From Ignavibacteriales bacterium (lineage in GTDB: Bacteria; Bacteroidota; Ignavibacteria; UBA10030; UBA6906): a DNA stretch of 64,000 bases. Shown piece after piece: positions 19,284-28,267 of this stretch. The DNA is taken from the NCBI GenBank assembly GCA_037441705.1, contig JBBIRR010000001.1, forward strand, positions 141,919 through 205,918, in the 5' to 3' direction. The notes below the pieces were generated by a model, which saw only the letters and a list, made by a program, of their open reading frames with translations, did no database searches and had not been told where the DNA came from. A program made the position numbers and the translations under genes. Numbering within the stretch: position 1 is the first letter of the stretch; each line of letters starts with the position of its first letter.

Positions 19284-21341
19284 CTAACGGCTCGGCTCTA
19301 CCGCCTTGCGCCCTCCTTCAAGCGGTCCGAAGAAGTTTCCCGTCTGAAGAAACAGCGTGAGCGTTCGAATACTCCAGTTGTAGTAGTTGTTCTCCAGAGG
19401 AAGAGTCGTTGCGACGTTGATGCGATAGGCGGCATCGGCAAATGCCTGGTACGCGGGCCCCGCCGCCATCGCCGCGGCACCGAACGGGCCGATGAAGATG
19501 CTCGTCGGCTCGCTGCGCACCGGCTTGCCGTCGAGGTAATACCCGTTGGCAATATTCGCCGCCCCGATGGACGATGCGAAGCGAACGATTTTCTCGCAGA
19601 ACTGCCGCGCGTCTTCGTTGCCGTACCACAGATAGTCCAGCGCGATGCGCCACGGCGTGCGCGCTGCATCCCAATAGTAGTAATAGCTCTGCGCGCGTTC
19701 GGGCGCAGGCGAGCCGTCCGCGCGACACCAGTCGGGCACCAGACCCGTTTCGGGGTGTGCGCATTTCTTGAGAATCTCATAGCATCGAGCAATCACTTTG
19801 CGCCACCCGGCGTTTCCCGTCGCCGCCTCGAAGGCGCGGTAGTACGCGGGAGCGAAGTAGGACGGATTGAGCATGTGCGAGCCGCCCCAATCGCCGTCGC
19901 CGGGCTTGAGAACGAACGTGTTCTTTTCGACTTCATGTTCCCAGATGCGATTGATGAGAAGCACTGCTTCGTGTTTGTAGTTGATGGCGCCGTCACTGCA
20001 CCACTGCCGGTCGGCGAGCAGCAGTGCGAATGCGGCATCCTCATCGGCATCCGTTGCGGCGCCTCCTTCGAGCACCTCGCAGGTGCTGCCGATGTGCCAT
20101 TCCATCAGCCCGCGCTCATTCATGAACTTCTTGTAATACAACCAGAGATCATCGAAGAGCGGACGGTCGTTGAAGTTCACGGCAAGCAGCATCCCATAGC
20201 CGATGCCCTCGGACGTCGTCGAGCTCATGTCATCGAACAGAACGCGACGAAGTCCGCACGCGCTATCGCCTGTCACATACGCACTCTTCCAACTTTCGTA
20301 CGACCGCTGCGCGTCAACATGGTTCCGGTATTTGCTCATGATGCCGAACGGGTATGCTGCATTCTGCGGAAAGGGAAACGTCACGCAGCCGCCGGCGTTC
20401 TTCGTTGACAGGATGGTGCCACTCGTGCCCACGATCAGGCCAACGACAGAATCGGCCATCGCAACGCCGCGCAAATCCTGTTCGGTCCCACTCGGTCGGC
20501 TCACCCACGTGAAACCACCGTCGGTCGAGCGGAGGATGGTTCCGCGTGACCCCACAACCGTCGCGTCGTGCAACGAAGAGGTCGCCACGTCCCAAAGATC
20601 GTGCGTCGTTCCCGATCGTACAGCAGTCCAGCTCACGCCTCCGTTTTCGGTCCGCAAGATGGTTCCTTTATCTCCGACGGCAAATCCATGTCTGTTTGTG
20701 GCAAAACGCATGCGGTAGAGCATCCCCTCCGATCCCTCGGCCACACGCGTCCACGATTCACCTGCATTCGTGGTCCGCAGGATGATGCCGTTCGAACCGC
20801 AAGCCAGAAAGGTCATCGCTTCAAGGCACTGGACGCCGCGCAAGTCGTTGTTAAACCCGCTCGTACTTTCGGTCCATGTCGTTCCTCCATCCGTCGTTCG
20901 AAGAACAACCCCGCCGTATCCTACGGCAAGGCCCGTCGTTGCCGTGCAGAATGAGACGTCGTACAACGACTTCGCCGTTACACGCTGAACCGAGGTCCAG
21001 GTTTTTCCTCCATCCGTCGTTCGAAGAATGACGCCGTTCCATCCAACAACATAACCAACAAAAGGAGACACGAAGGCAACACCGCTGAGCCAGGTGCCCG
21101 TTCCGCTTTGCTGCGCGCTCCACGTTGTTCCGCCATCCGCGCTGAAGAGAATCGTACCGCGTGCGCCGACGGCGACAGCGGTTCTTCTGTCGACAAAAGT
21201 AACGTCAGAGAGCGGAACGGTGACGCCGCTGGTTTGCTGCACCCACTGGGCGTGCAGGCGAGGACTGGCCGGCAGAAGAGTGAGAAGCCAGCAGGCGATT
21301 AAACGGAGAACAGGTTTCAGGCAAGATGTTGTGCGTAGCAT
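19284..21341 (-). CDS. BNR/Asp-box beta-propeller fused to a glycoside hydrolase family 8 (GH8) catalytic domain
   Basis: Signal peptide. Six SxDGGxTW Asp-box repeats (SADGGTTW, TTDGGKTW, TTDGGTTW, TENGGVSW, STDGGFTW...). The GH8 signature ATDADEDAAFALLLADRQW and catalytic-Glu motif TSEGIGYGML are present. Start overlaps the upstream GT4 stop (TGATG). Confidence 0.8.
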   Translation of the reverse strand: MLRTTSCLKPVLRLIACWLLTLLPASPRLHAQWVQQTSGVTVPLSDVTFVDRRTAVAVGARGTILFSADGGTTWSAQQSGTGTWLSGVAFVSPFVGYVVGWNGVILRTTDGGKTWTSVQRVTAKSLYDVSFCTATTGLAVGYGGVVLRTTDGGTTWTESTSGFNNDLRGVQCLEAMTFLACGSNGIILRTTNAGESWTRVAEGSEGMLYRMRFATNRHGFAVGDKGTILRTENGGVSWTAVRSGTTHDLWDVATSSLHDATVVGSRGTILRSTDGGFTWVSRPSGTEQDLRGVAMADSVVGLIVGTSGTILSTKNAGGCVTFPFPQNAAYPFGIMSKYRNHVDAQRSYESWKSAYVTGDSACGLRRVLFDDMSSTTSEGIGYGMLLAVNFNDRPLFDDLWLYYKKFMNERGLMEWHIGSTCEVLEGGAATDADEDAAFALLLADRQWCSDGAINYKHEAVLLINRIWEHEVEKNTFVLKPGDGDWGGSHMLNPSYFAPAYYRAFEAATGNAGWRKVIARCYEILKKCAHPETGLVPDWCRADGSPAPERAQSYYYYWDAARTPWRIALDYLWYGNEDARQFCEKIVRFASSIGAANIANGYYLDGKPVRSEPTSIFIGPFGAAAMAAGPAYQAFADAAYRINVATTLPLENNYYNWSIRTLTLFLQTGNFFGPLEGGRKAVEPSR

Positions 21342-22468
21342 CAGTGCTCCGTGGGAATTGATGATTCGGCAGCTTTGCGCAGTGTTTCGAGAATGACTTC
21401 TGCGTTGCGCTTCAGGTTGAATTCCCGCTCCGCTTTACGCCGTGCATTGGCGCCAAACTCACGACGAAGAGCGGGGTTGTTCATCAGCAGCAACAACCTC
21501 TCCGCCAGTGCCGCCTCATCCTCTCCACGAATCAGGAAGCCGGTGGTACCGTCCGTCACCATTTCGTCAATGCTGCCAAGCTCGGTAGCCACTACCGGAA
21601 GGTTCATGGCCATTGCTTCCATGATGGCAAGCGGAAAGAAGTCCGCGCGTGTCGGCAGCACGAACACGTCGGCCTGCTTGTAGAGGTGCAGGAGTTCGGG
21701 ACTGTTGGGAGAGATGTTCGAATGAATGACGACATTCCGCGGCCTTTCGCCGGCCGCGCTGTTTGTCACAAGATGAAACTCGCAATTCCTGAACGGCTCA
21801 TGGCGGGCGATGTTACACAGCAAATCTCCACCCTTCCGCATAAAATGATTGCCCACAAACAGGATGCGCACCTTCGACCCCGGCATTCGTTCAGAACTTT
21901 TCCAGAGATCGAGATCCACGCCCGGCGCAAGGACGCGAATTCTCCTCTCATCCACCCCATAATGTTCGATCAGCGATCGTTTCACCCAGTTCGACCAGGG
22001 CAGAAGAAAGGTCGTGTTCCGATACGTCCGACACGTTTGGAGAAACTTGATGCGTTCGATCAAATGCTTTTGCGATGAAGTAGGAACGCCGTACCACGCG
22101 CGATGCTCTTCCATCAGCAACGGTGTCACATCCATCGCCATCACGCTGGGGACGCGCTTGCGGAAGGTGTTCAAGAACGTCGCAGGAATGTGGTCGTTGA
22201 AATAGACTGCGTCGAATTTCTTTCCCGCTTTCAGCTCCCTGCGGATGCGCGACCGAGCAATCCATCCCCCCTTCAGAGTCCAGTTCAGCGAAATCGGAGG
22301 AATGCGCGCAAGAAGCTCCGGCGGACTGTACTCGATGGGAAGCCACGTGCACTCGACATCGTCACGCGCAGAGACGACGCCCCGCAGGTTCTGCAGCACC
22401 GTCGCCGTACCGCCAAACCACATGCCGGTGAACAAGAAACTCGGTTTGCCCTTATCCGACGAATTCAT
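21341..22468 (-). CDS. GT4-family glycosyltransferase
   Basis: C-terminal GT-B motif (VFVLPTRADFFPLAIMEAMAMNLPVVATELGSIDEMV). Start at ATG 22468 (MNSSDKGKPSFLF) is uncertain; ATG 22540 is possible. Confidence 0.7.
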   Translation of the reverse strand: MNSSDKGKPSFLFTGMWFGGTATVLQNLRGVVSARDDVECTWLPIEYSPPELLARIPPISLNWTLKGGWIARSRIRRELKAGKKFDAVYFNDHIPATFLNTFRKRVPSVMAMDVTPLLMEEHRAWYGVPTSSQKHLIERIKFLQTCRTYRNTTFLLPWSNWVKRSLIEHYGVDERRIRVLAPGVDLDLWKSSERMPGSKVRILFVGNHFMRKGGDLLCNIARHEPFRNCEFHLVTNSAAGERPRNVVIHSNISPNSPELLHLYKQADVFVLPTRADFFPLAIMEAMAMNLPVVATELGSIDEMVTDGTTGFLIRGEDEAALAERLLLLMNNPALRREFGANARRKAEREFNLKRNAEVILETLRKAAESSIPTEH

Positions 22469-22520
22469 GATGCCGTGTTTCCATTTGAATTTTTTGTTCG
22501 GGTAATGATATTCAATTCGC

Positions 22521-23888
22521 CTACCGCACCAATCGCCCATCCGTGAGGTACGCAGTAAGCAGCCTCGCAACAAAAGCATGCCCTCGTTCATTCCAATGAG
22601 GGTCATCATCAAGCACGAGCGGAAACTCCTCACAGGCACGAAATGCAGGCAGCAGGTTGAACACTACGTAAGGCAACTGCGGCGCCGCTTCATCAAAGAA
22701 TCTGAAGTACTCATCCTGATATGGCTCCGAGAGTGCGTACTCGTTTTTCTCCCAGTTGTTGGGACATTCATTCGGATTCCAATGCTGAAATCGAGGAGTG
22801 ACGACCAGAATGAACATCGCGCCAATGTCGTTGGCCTTTGAGGCAATACGATTGATGTGCGCCAGAGTGTTCAAGAAGTACCCTCGTGTGCTTGCCAGAG
22901 GATGTCGGTAAATGAAGAATCGGTTGTGCTCAACGACGCCATCAATCTTCACTGCAAAGTCATAATAGTCATATCCCGCCTGACGGGTCACGCTTGCTCT
23001 TGCATCGCCCCTGTTCGACAGAGCGTAGCGCACGACACTGAACGGGTAGCTGAGATATCGGCGTATCTTTTCAAGTTGGAAGGATGACACGTTCCCAAGC
23101 GCAGTGTGAAAGCCCATCTCCTCGGTAGACGATTCAGCCAAGTTGAATTGGCTCTGGTCACCATCGCCCTGTATCTCTGCTGCATATTTCATGTCATCAC
23201 CGATATCCGTTGCATCCAGAAAAAGGATAACGTGAGTGGGCGCGTAATGGATCACGATGCCGGAGAACAGTCGCTCTTCCAGAAGTGGCGAGTAGCTGTT
23301 GATCCCGGCATTGAGCACCGCAACGTCATTGCGGCCCAGTTGTTCTCGGAGCAGACGCTCGGCGACAGCCGGAAAAGCAAACTCCTGTCTCACACACTTT
23401 CCGAAGGTGAAGGAATCGCCAAGAAGAGCAATTCGGGTCTTGAAGGCGCGGAATGCTTCACGCGAGTACAAGCTCCTGAGGCCGTCCTCATTCGTTCGGA
23501 CAATAACCCGCTTCCCATCGAAGATGCCTGCATTCATTTCCGCGTTCTTCGGAAGCAGATGGTGGTATGTTCTGGAACTGATGCCATGGAACTCCGGCAT
23601 GGCAGCAGGCGGATTGAACATGCGCAGACCCAATTCCACCCCCACCAGGGTTACCAGTACCGTACCCACCAGAAGGAGAATTTCTCTCCATCGCTGGCGT
23701 CCTCTGAACGCGAGGAAGATTCCGATGATGCTGAGGAGCCAATAGGCAACCAGCGAGCCAATGAGTGCCTCGTCAACTTTCCCGTCCGCCGCAATGAAAT
23801 CAAGAAGATGCCAGTACACAGCCAGAGCGGCCATCAGGAAGAAGGCCGTAATCGCAACCATGAGGGTGCTATCGGTATTCCACTTCAT
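22521..23888 (-). CDS. Membrane-anchored SGNH/GDSL-family hydrolase (polysaccharide esterase or acyltransferase candidate)
   Basis: Two N-terminal TM helices. GDSL block IALLGDSFTFG with catalytic Ser. C-terminal DDDPHWNERGH block. Overlaps the upstream GT4 by ATGA. Confidence 0.6.
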   Translation of the reverse strand: MKWNTDSTLMVAITAFFLMAALAVYWHLLDFIAADGKVDEALIGSLVAYWLLSIIGIFLAFRGRQRWREILLLVGTVLVTLVGVELGLRMFNPPAAMPEFHGISSRTYHHLLPKNAEMNAGIFDGKRVIVRTNEDGLRSLYSREAFRAFKTRIALLGDSFTFGKCVRQEFAFPAVAERLLREQLGRNDVAVLNAGINSYSPLLEERLFSGIVIHYAPTHVILFLDATDIGDDMKYAAEIQGDGDQSQFNLAESSTEEMGFHTALGNVSSFQLEKIRRYLSYPFSVVRYALSNRGDARASVTRQAGYDYYDFAVKIDGVVEHNRFFIYRHPLASTRGYFLNTLAHINRIASKANDIGAMFILVVTPRFQHWNPNECPNNWEKNEYALSEPYQDEYFRFFDEAAPQLPYVVFNLLPAFRACEEFPLVLDDDPHWNERGHAFVARLLTAYLTDGRLVR

Positions 23889-25078
23889 GCAGCAAAGTCG
23901 TTGCAGCTGTTGGATGATTTCCGTTCTACAACATTCCTCAACTCGTGGAGGCTTTCCGCGTTCCAGCGCTCGACAAAGCGATACGCAGCGCGAGCCAGTG
24001 AACGGGCACGAGCGGCATCGCGGGCGACATGCAACACGGCTTGCGCAAAATCGTCGGGCGAGTCTGCAACGAGAAACGCCTGCCCGGCTCCATCCTCAAG
24101 ACCACGCGACCCGGCAGACGTTGTGACGACCGGCCTCCCGTAGCCAAGCGCCTCGATGGTCTTGATGCACAGTCCGGTGCTGAACTCAATGGGATTTACG
24201 ACAATATCAGCCACTTCGTACAGAGAATCAAGATCATCCACCACGCCGTGCTTGATGCAGCCCTCGGCATCCGGCACGTTGTCACAAATCTGCCCGGCAA
24301 GGTGTAACATGGCGTGCGGTACTACGCGTCGAATGCGCGGAAACGTTTGTGCGAGAAAGGAACGAAGACCGTGAATGTTCGTCCCCGCATCCGAACCGAT
24401 AAACAGGAGGTTCGCCTCATTTCTCTCTCGCGGAGGCAGGGCGCGAAGCGGAGCAATATGCCGGACGGTAATGACCGGCCTGGATGTGAGCCGCGAGAAA
24501 TATTCCCTTTCCTGATCCTGAATTGCTACAACGACATCGGCGCGGTTCAAGGCTTTCGCTTCTTCCTTCGCGGTAGTACAGTACCATCCGTAGTCTTGCC
24601 CCGCTTTGCGATACAGCATGTGTCGCCTGGTGAATACGTCGTGCGTGTCGATGATCTTCAGAACGCTATCGTCGAAACAGTCCAACGCTTTCGACCAAAA
24701 GATATATTCGACAATCACCACATCGAAGCGTGTGGACTTCGCCAACTCTCGCAGGACGAGATCGAGCGCGTTGTCGTACCGATAGTCCACCGGCTGGATT
24801 TCCAAGAATCCCGGCTCGAAGAGAAAACGCAAGCGGGAGATGTAGCGCCGGAGACTCCGCGGCGGATGACGATACGCGACACGATAGAAATGCTTGCCCC
24901 ACCACCGTGCCATCGCCTCCTCGTCCGCCTTCCATGGTTCGGTGTTCACGCAGAGAAAGTGCACTTCATGTCCCATGTCACGCAGACTTTGCAGCAGCCG
25001 CTGAATGCGCGTGCGGTTACCCGCGATCTGGGGGTGGGTGGGGATGGGTGAGATGAGGAGAATGCGGCGCCTCATCAT
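23885..25078 (-). CDS. GT4-family glycosyltransferase
   Basis: GT-B fold with EX7E-like region (ADIVVNPIEFSTGLCIKTIEALGYGRPVVTT). Confidence 0.7.
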   Translation of the reverse strand: MMRRRILLISPIPTHPQIAGNRTRIQRLLQSLRDMGHEVHFLCVNTEPWKADEEAMARWWGKHFYRVAYRHPPRSLRRYISRLRFLFEPGFLEIQPVDYRYDNALDLVLRELAKSTRFDVVIVEYIFWSKALDCFDDSVLKIIDTHDVFTRRHMLYRKAGQDYGWYCTTAKEEAKALNRADVVVAIQDQEREYFSRLTSRPVITVRHIAPLRALPPRERNEANLLFIGSDAGTNIHGLRSFLAQTFPRIRRVVPHAMLHLAGQICDNVPDAEGCIKHGVVDDLDSLYEVADIVVNPIEFSTGLCIKTIEALGYGRPVVTTSAGSRGLEDGAGQAFLVADSPDDFAQAVLHVARDAARARSLARAAYRFVERWNAESLHELRNVVERKSSNSCNDFAA

Positions 25079-26340
25079 CGCTTCCCGCTCAGGTGATTCT
25101 GTATCAAGGACTTCAGTACGTCAAGTGTCTCGCGAATCATCCGGTCTTCCGAAAACTGCTGCACCCTTGCCTCCGCAGCGATGGCCATCGCCCTCATCTG
25201 GTCAGGATGGGTTAACGCCCATTGGAGCGCTTCTGCCCAACCGTGCACGTCGCTTGCGGACACGATCAGACCGTCTACGCGATGACGAATGACTTCGGGG
25301 ATTCCTCCTACATCCGAGGCAACAACAGGAACTCGCTGTGCCATGGCTTCGAGTATGGTAAACGGCAGCCCTTCGAATTCTGTGGGCAATACAAAAAGAT
25401 CTGCCGCGCGCATCAGGCGCGGCACATCCGACCGATATCCGAGAAAGAGAACGTTGCTGGCGATGCGATGCTCGGCCGCTTCTCTTGCAATGCACTCTTT
25501 ATCTTTTCCCTCCCCCACCCATACACAACACACGTGGGAAAAATCTCGGATGATATCGGGTAGCACACGAACGAGAAGCCCAAAGCCTTTCGTCAACTCC
25601 AATCGGGCAACCGTGAGAAGCATGATCGAACGATCCGACAGGCCAAGTTCCGCTCGGACCTCCTCACGAACGGTGGCCGCATCATCACGAGGGCTTGGCG
25701 ATGTCAGACGAATCCCATTATAGATTCTGACAACTTCGTCTTTATCCAGGCCGAAGGTCTGACTGATAAGCGACCGGTTGAAATCGGACACTGTGACCCA
25801 GCGCTGACGACGTTGTCGCGCCCAGTGGTAAACTCTTCGCTTCGCTGCGCGAAAGGCGAAAGGAAAAGGATACCCATGAAAAACGACAGCCGTGGGGACG
25901 TTCACAACGGCACATCCGGCAATTATGCCAAGCCCGAAGGTTCCCCAGCATATGTTCAGAAGGACAACATCAGGTTGTACACTTCGCAGGAGTTTCACCG
26001 TCCGCATCAACTGCGAGACCGTGCGCTGAACTTCGGCAAGCCGATGAAAGGTTCGCTCAACGCCTCTGAGCATTCGTCGAACCACACTGCGCTCCCGCGG
26101 TCGTTCGTGTTTCCACGTGTGCTCGGTTTGCAGCACTGCAAAATGTTGTAGCGGGAGACGAAACGTATGGCACGCGATCCCATCGTGCGTCAGTTCCTCG
26201 ACCAACGGTAGCGTCTGCGGGGTCTCGGTCACAGCAGCATGAACATCCCATCCCTGAATGCAGGCGCGTGCAATGGTCTGCGCGTACTTTTCGGCACCTC
26301 CGCGTTCCACCGCAGGTATGATGACCAGAAGCTTCTTCAT
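25075..26340 (-). CDS. GT4-family glycosyltransferase
   Basis: ADLFVLPTEFEGLPFTILEAMAQRVPVVASDVGGIPEVI. Start ATG 26340 overlaps the upstream stop as ATGA; the longer ORF-track extension is rejected. Confidence 0.75.
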   Translation of the reverse strand: MKKLLVIIPAVERGGAEKYAQTIARACIQGWDVHAAVTETPQTLPLVEELTHDGIACHTFRLPLQHFAVLQTEHTWKHERPRERSVVRRMLRGVERTFHRLAEVQRTVSQLMRTVKLLRSVQPDVVLLNICWGTFGLGIIAGCAVVNVPTAVVFHGYPFPFAFRAAKRRVYHWARQRRQRWVTVSDFNRSLISQTFGLDKDEVVRIYNGIRLTSPSPRDDAATVREEVRAELGLSDRSIMLLTVARLELTKGFGLLVRVLPDIIRDFSHVCCVWVGEGKDKECIAREAAEHRIASNVLFLGYRSDVPRLMRAADLFVLPTEFEGLPFTILEAMAQRVPVVASDVGGIPEVIRHRVDGLIVSASDVHGWAEALQWALTHPDQMRAMAIAAEARVQQFSEDRMIRETLDVLKSLIQNHLSGKR

Positions 26341-27365
26341 TGCTTCGAACCTGCAAGCCATTGCAGCATCTGGCGTTCGAACTGTTCTCCGTTCCAATCC
26401 AAAACAGAGAATCGAGGGAGTTGGAAGCAATCCATCCCTATCGTGACAGGGCTGTGCGTGACAGAACACGCAGCCACGTAGCCTTCGTTCCGTACGATTG
26501 CAGCTGTTTCATCCGTGTAGCGGCCAAAGGGATAGGAGAATGTGGTTATCTCCTGCTTCAGAAGCTCGCGAAGATACGACCTGCTTTCTCGGATCTCGTG
26601 CCGCTGCTGTTCCAGGGGTAGTTCCGTGAGCAGGGCGTGGGTGACCGTATGCGCGCCAATGCTGACAAGCCCTCCATCGGCCAACGTACATACTTCCTGG
26701 GGAGTGAGCGAACGGTGGCTTTCGCGCAGGCTGGGTTCGGTTGCTGCCCACGATTGGATCTCTGTCAGCAACTGCGTTCGGTGCTGATGCGGTACAGAGC
26801 GGAGTTTTTCCCACACGGCGTAGTAGAACTGCGTGCGCCGACTGGGCTCGCGCGTGTGCCTGCAATCGTGATGGTACTCCTCTTCACTGTAGACTTCGGC
26901 TCCTCCGAGGTCCCAGGTCCACTCCCCATCGCGAAGCGTGAGCCTCGATGGCAATCTACCGGGACGCAGCAGTGCTTGCTCTAATTCATCCCACCAGTAC
27001 TCTTTGCGGGCGCCGAGATACCCTGTCGTCACAAAGACCGTCGCCGGGATTTCGTATCGTTCGAGGATGGGTTTGGCCTGATACAGGTTGTTTGCGTATC
27101 CATCATCGAAGGACACGACAACCGAGCGGTCCGCTAAACGTCCCTGATCCAAAGCGACCGGGAGTTCATGAAGATGAATGGGCCGCGCCCGCGTGCGGAG
27201 GATTCTCATCTGCATATCAAAATGTTCCGGGCTCACTCGGAGATACCACGGGTCGGCGTCAAGGTCACCCACCCGATGATACATGAGAATGATCGCGCGC
27301 GGCTGCTGCAATCCTCTGAAGTTCTGCTTCACCCACTGCAGGCGTGTAAGGCCGGGTACTCTCAT
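26337..27365 (-). CDS. Polysaccharide deacetylase (CE4 / NodB-homology domain)
   Basis: NodB motifs (VVSFDDGYANNLYQAKPILERYEIPATVFVTTG; AHTVTHALL). Start ATG 27365 (MRVPGLTRLQW) overlaps the upstream stop as ATGA. Confidence 0.75.
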   Translation of the reverse strand: MRVPGLTRLQWVKQNFRGLQQPRAIILMYHRVGDLDADPWYLRVSPEHFDMQMRILRTRARPIHLHELPVALDQGRLADRSVVVSFDDGYANNLYQAKPILERYEIPATVFVTTGYLGARKEYWWDELEQALLRPGRLPSRLTLRDGEWTWDLGGAEVYSEEEYHHDCRHTREPSRRTQFYYAVWEKLRSVPHQHRTQLLTEIQSWAATEPSLRESHRSLTPQEVCTLADGGLVSIGAHTVTHALLTELPLEQQRHEIRESRSYLRELLKQEITTFSYPFGRYTDETAAIVRNEGYVAACSVTHSPVTIGMDCFQLPRFSVLDWNGEQFERQMLQWLAGSKQ

Positions 27366-28267
27366 CGCGACAAACTCCTTTGAATCCGATCCTTCAGGCG
27401 CCGGACTTGTGCCGAGAGCCGCACGAGACGCGGATGCCGATACGGGAATAGCATACCTCGCACGATCTCCCACGTTGAAGTATGCTTCAGCCCGTTTGCT
27501 GCGAGATAGCTTTCCAGCCAGAGCAAGAACATCTTGCGTGTTGATGCCCACAGTCCGGCCTGATGCGATTGCGTTGTACACGCTTTCTCGTGCTGGCGGT
27601 ATCGGTACCAGCATTCGCTCGAAACAAACACAGGAAACCGCGCGCAGAGCTTGGCGTGAAACGCTTGATCTTCATACATGCCGCGAAACATATCGTCGTA
27701 TCCCCCTACCGTCTCGATGGCGCTGCGTCGAACCATGATATCACACAGGCTCGCCCATTCATCCTGCAAGAACATATCCAGCACAGCCGGTGGTTGGATT
27801 ACGGTATCGAGGGGGACACTGTACTTCTGTAGAAAGTCTCGACTCTGATCTTCGGGCTTTCGCGTCCAGCTATACCACCACTCCGTGCGGCCACAAACAA
27901 GCGCGGCCTCGGGCTGAGAGGTGAGAATCTCCACCTGTCGCTCGAGTTTGTGCGGAAGCCACACATCGTCGGCATCAATGAACGAGATGAACGTCCCACG
28001 AGAGCGGGCGATACCCAGGTTTCGCGACGCACTCATCCCGCGATTCAGGTGTCCATCATGTTCGAGATAGATAAAGCGTGATGGATCGGATGCCACATAG
28101 CTTCGAGCGATCGCGCTGCTGCTATCGGTCGATCCATCATCCACCAACAGCAGCTCCCAATCTTGAAACGATTGCTTCACGACACTCTCGATTGCTTCGC
28201 GAAGAAACTCCTCTCCGTTAAGAAAGATCAACACAACTGAGACGTGAGGTGTCCGGGCTGCGTTCAT
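27362..28267 (-). CDS. GT2-family glycosyltransferase
   Basis: VSVVLIFLNGEEFLREAIESVVKQSF...LLLVDDGSTDSS...FIDADDVW (DxD) GT-A motifs. Confidence 0.8.
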   Translation of the reverse strand: MNAARTPHVSVVLIFLNGEEFLREAIESVVKQSFQDWELLLVDDGSTDSSSAIARSYVASDPSRFIYLEHDGHLNRGMSASRNLGIARSRGTFISFIDADDVWLPHKLERQVEILTSQPEAALVCGRTEWWYSWTRKPEDQSRDFLQKYSVPLDTVIQPPAVLDMFLQDEWASLCDIMVRRSAIETVGGYDDMFRGMYEDQAFHAKLCARFPVFVSSECWYRYRQHEKACTTQSHQAGLWASTRKMFLLWLESYLAANGLKHTSTWEIVRGMLFPYRHPRLVRLSAQVRRLKDRIQRSLSR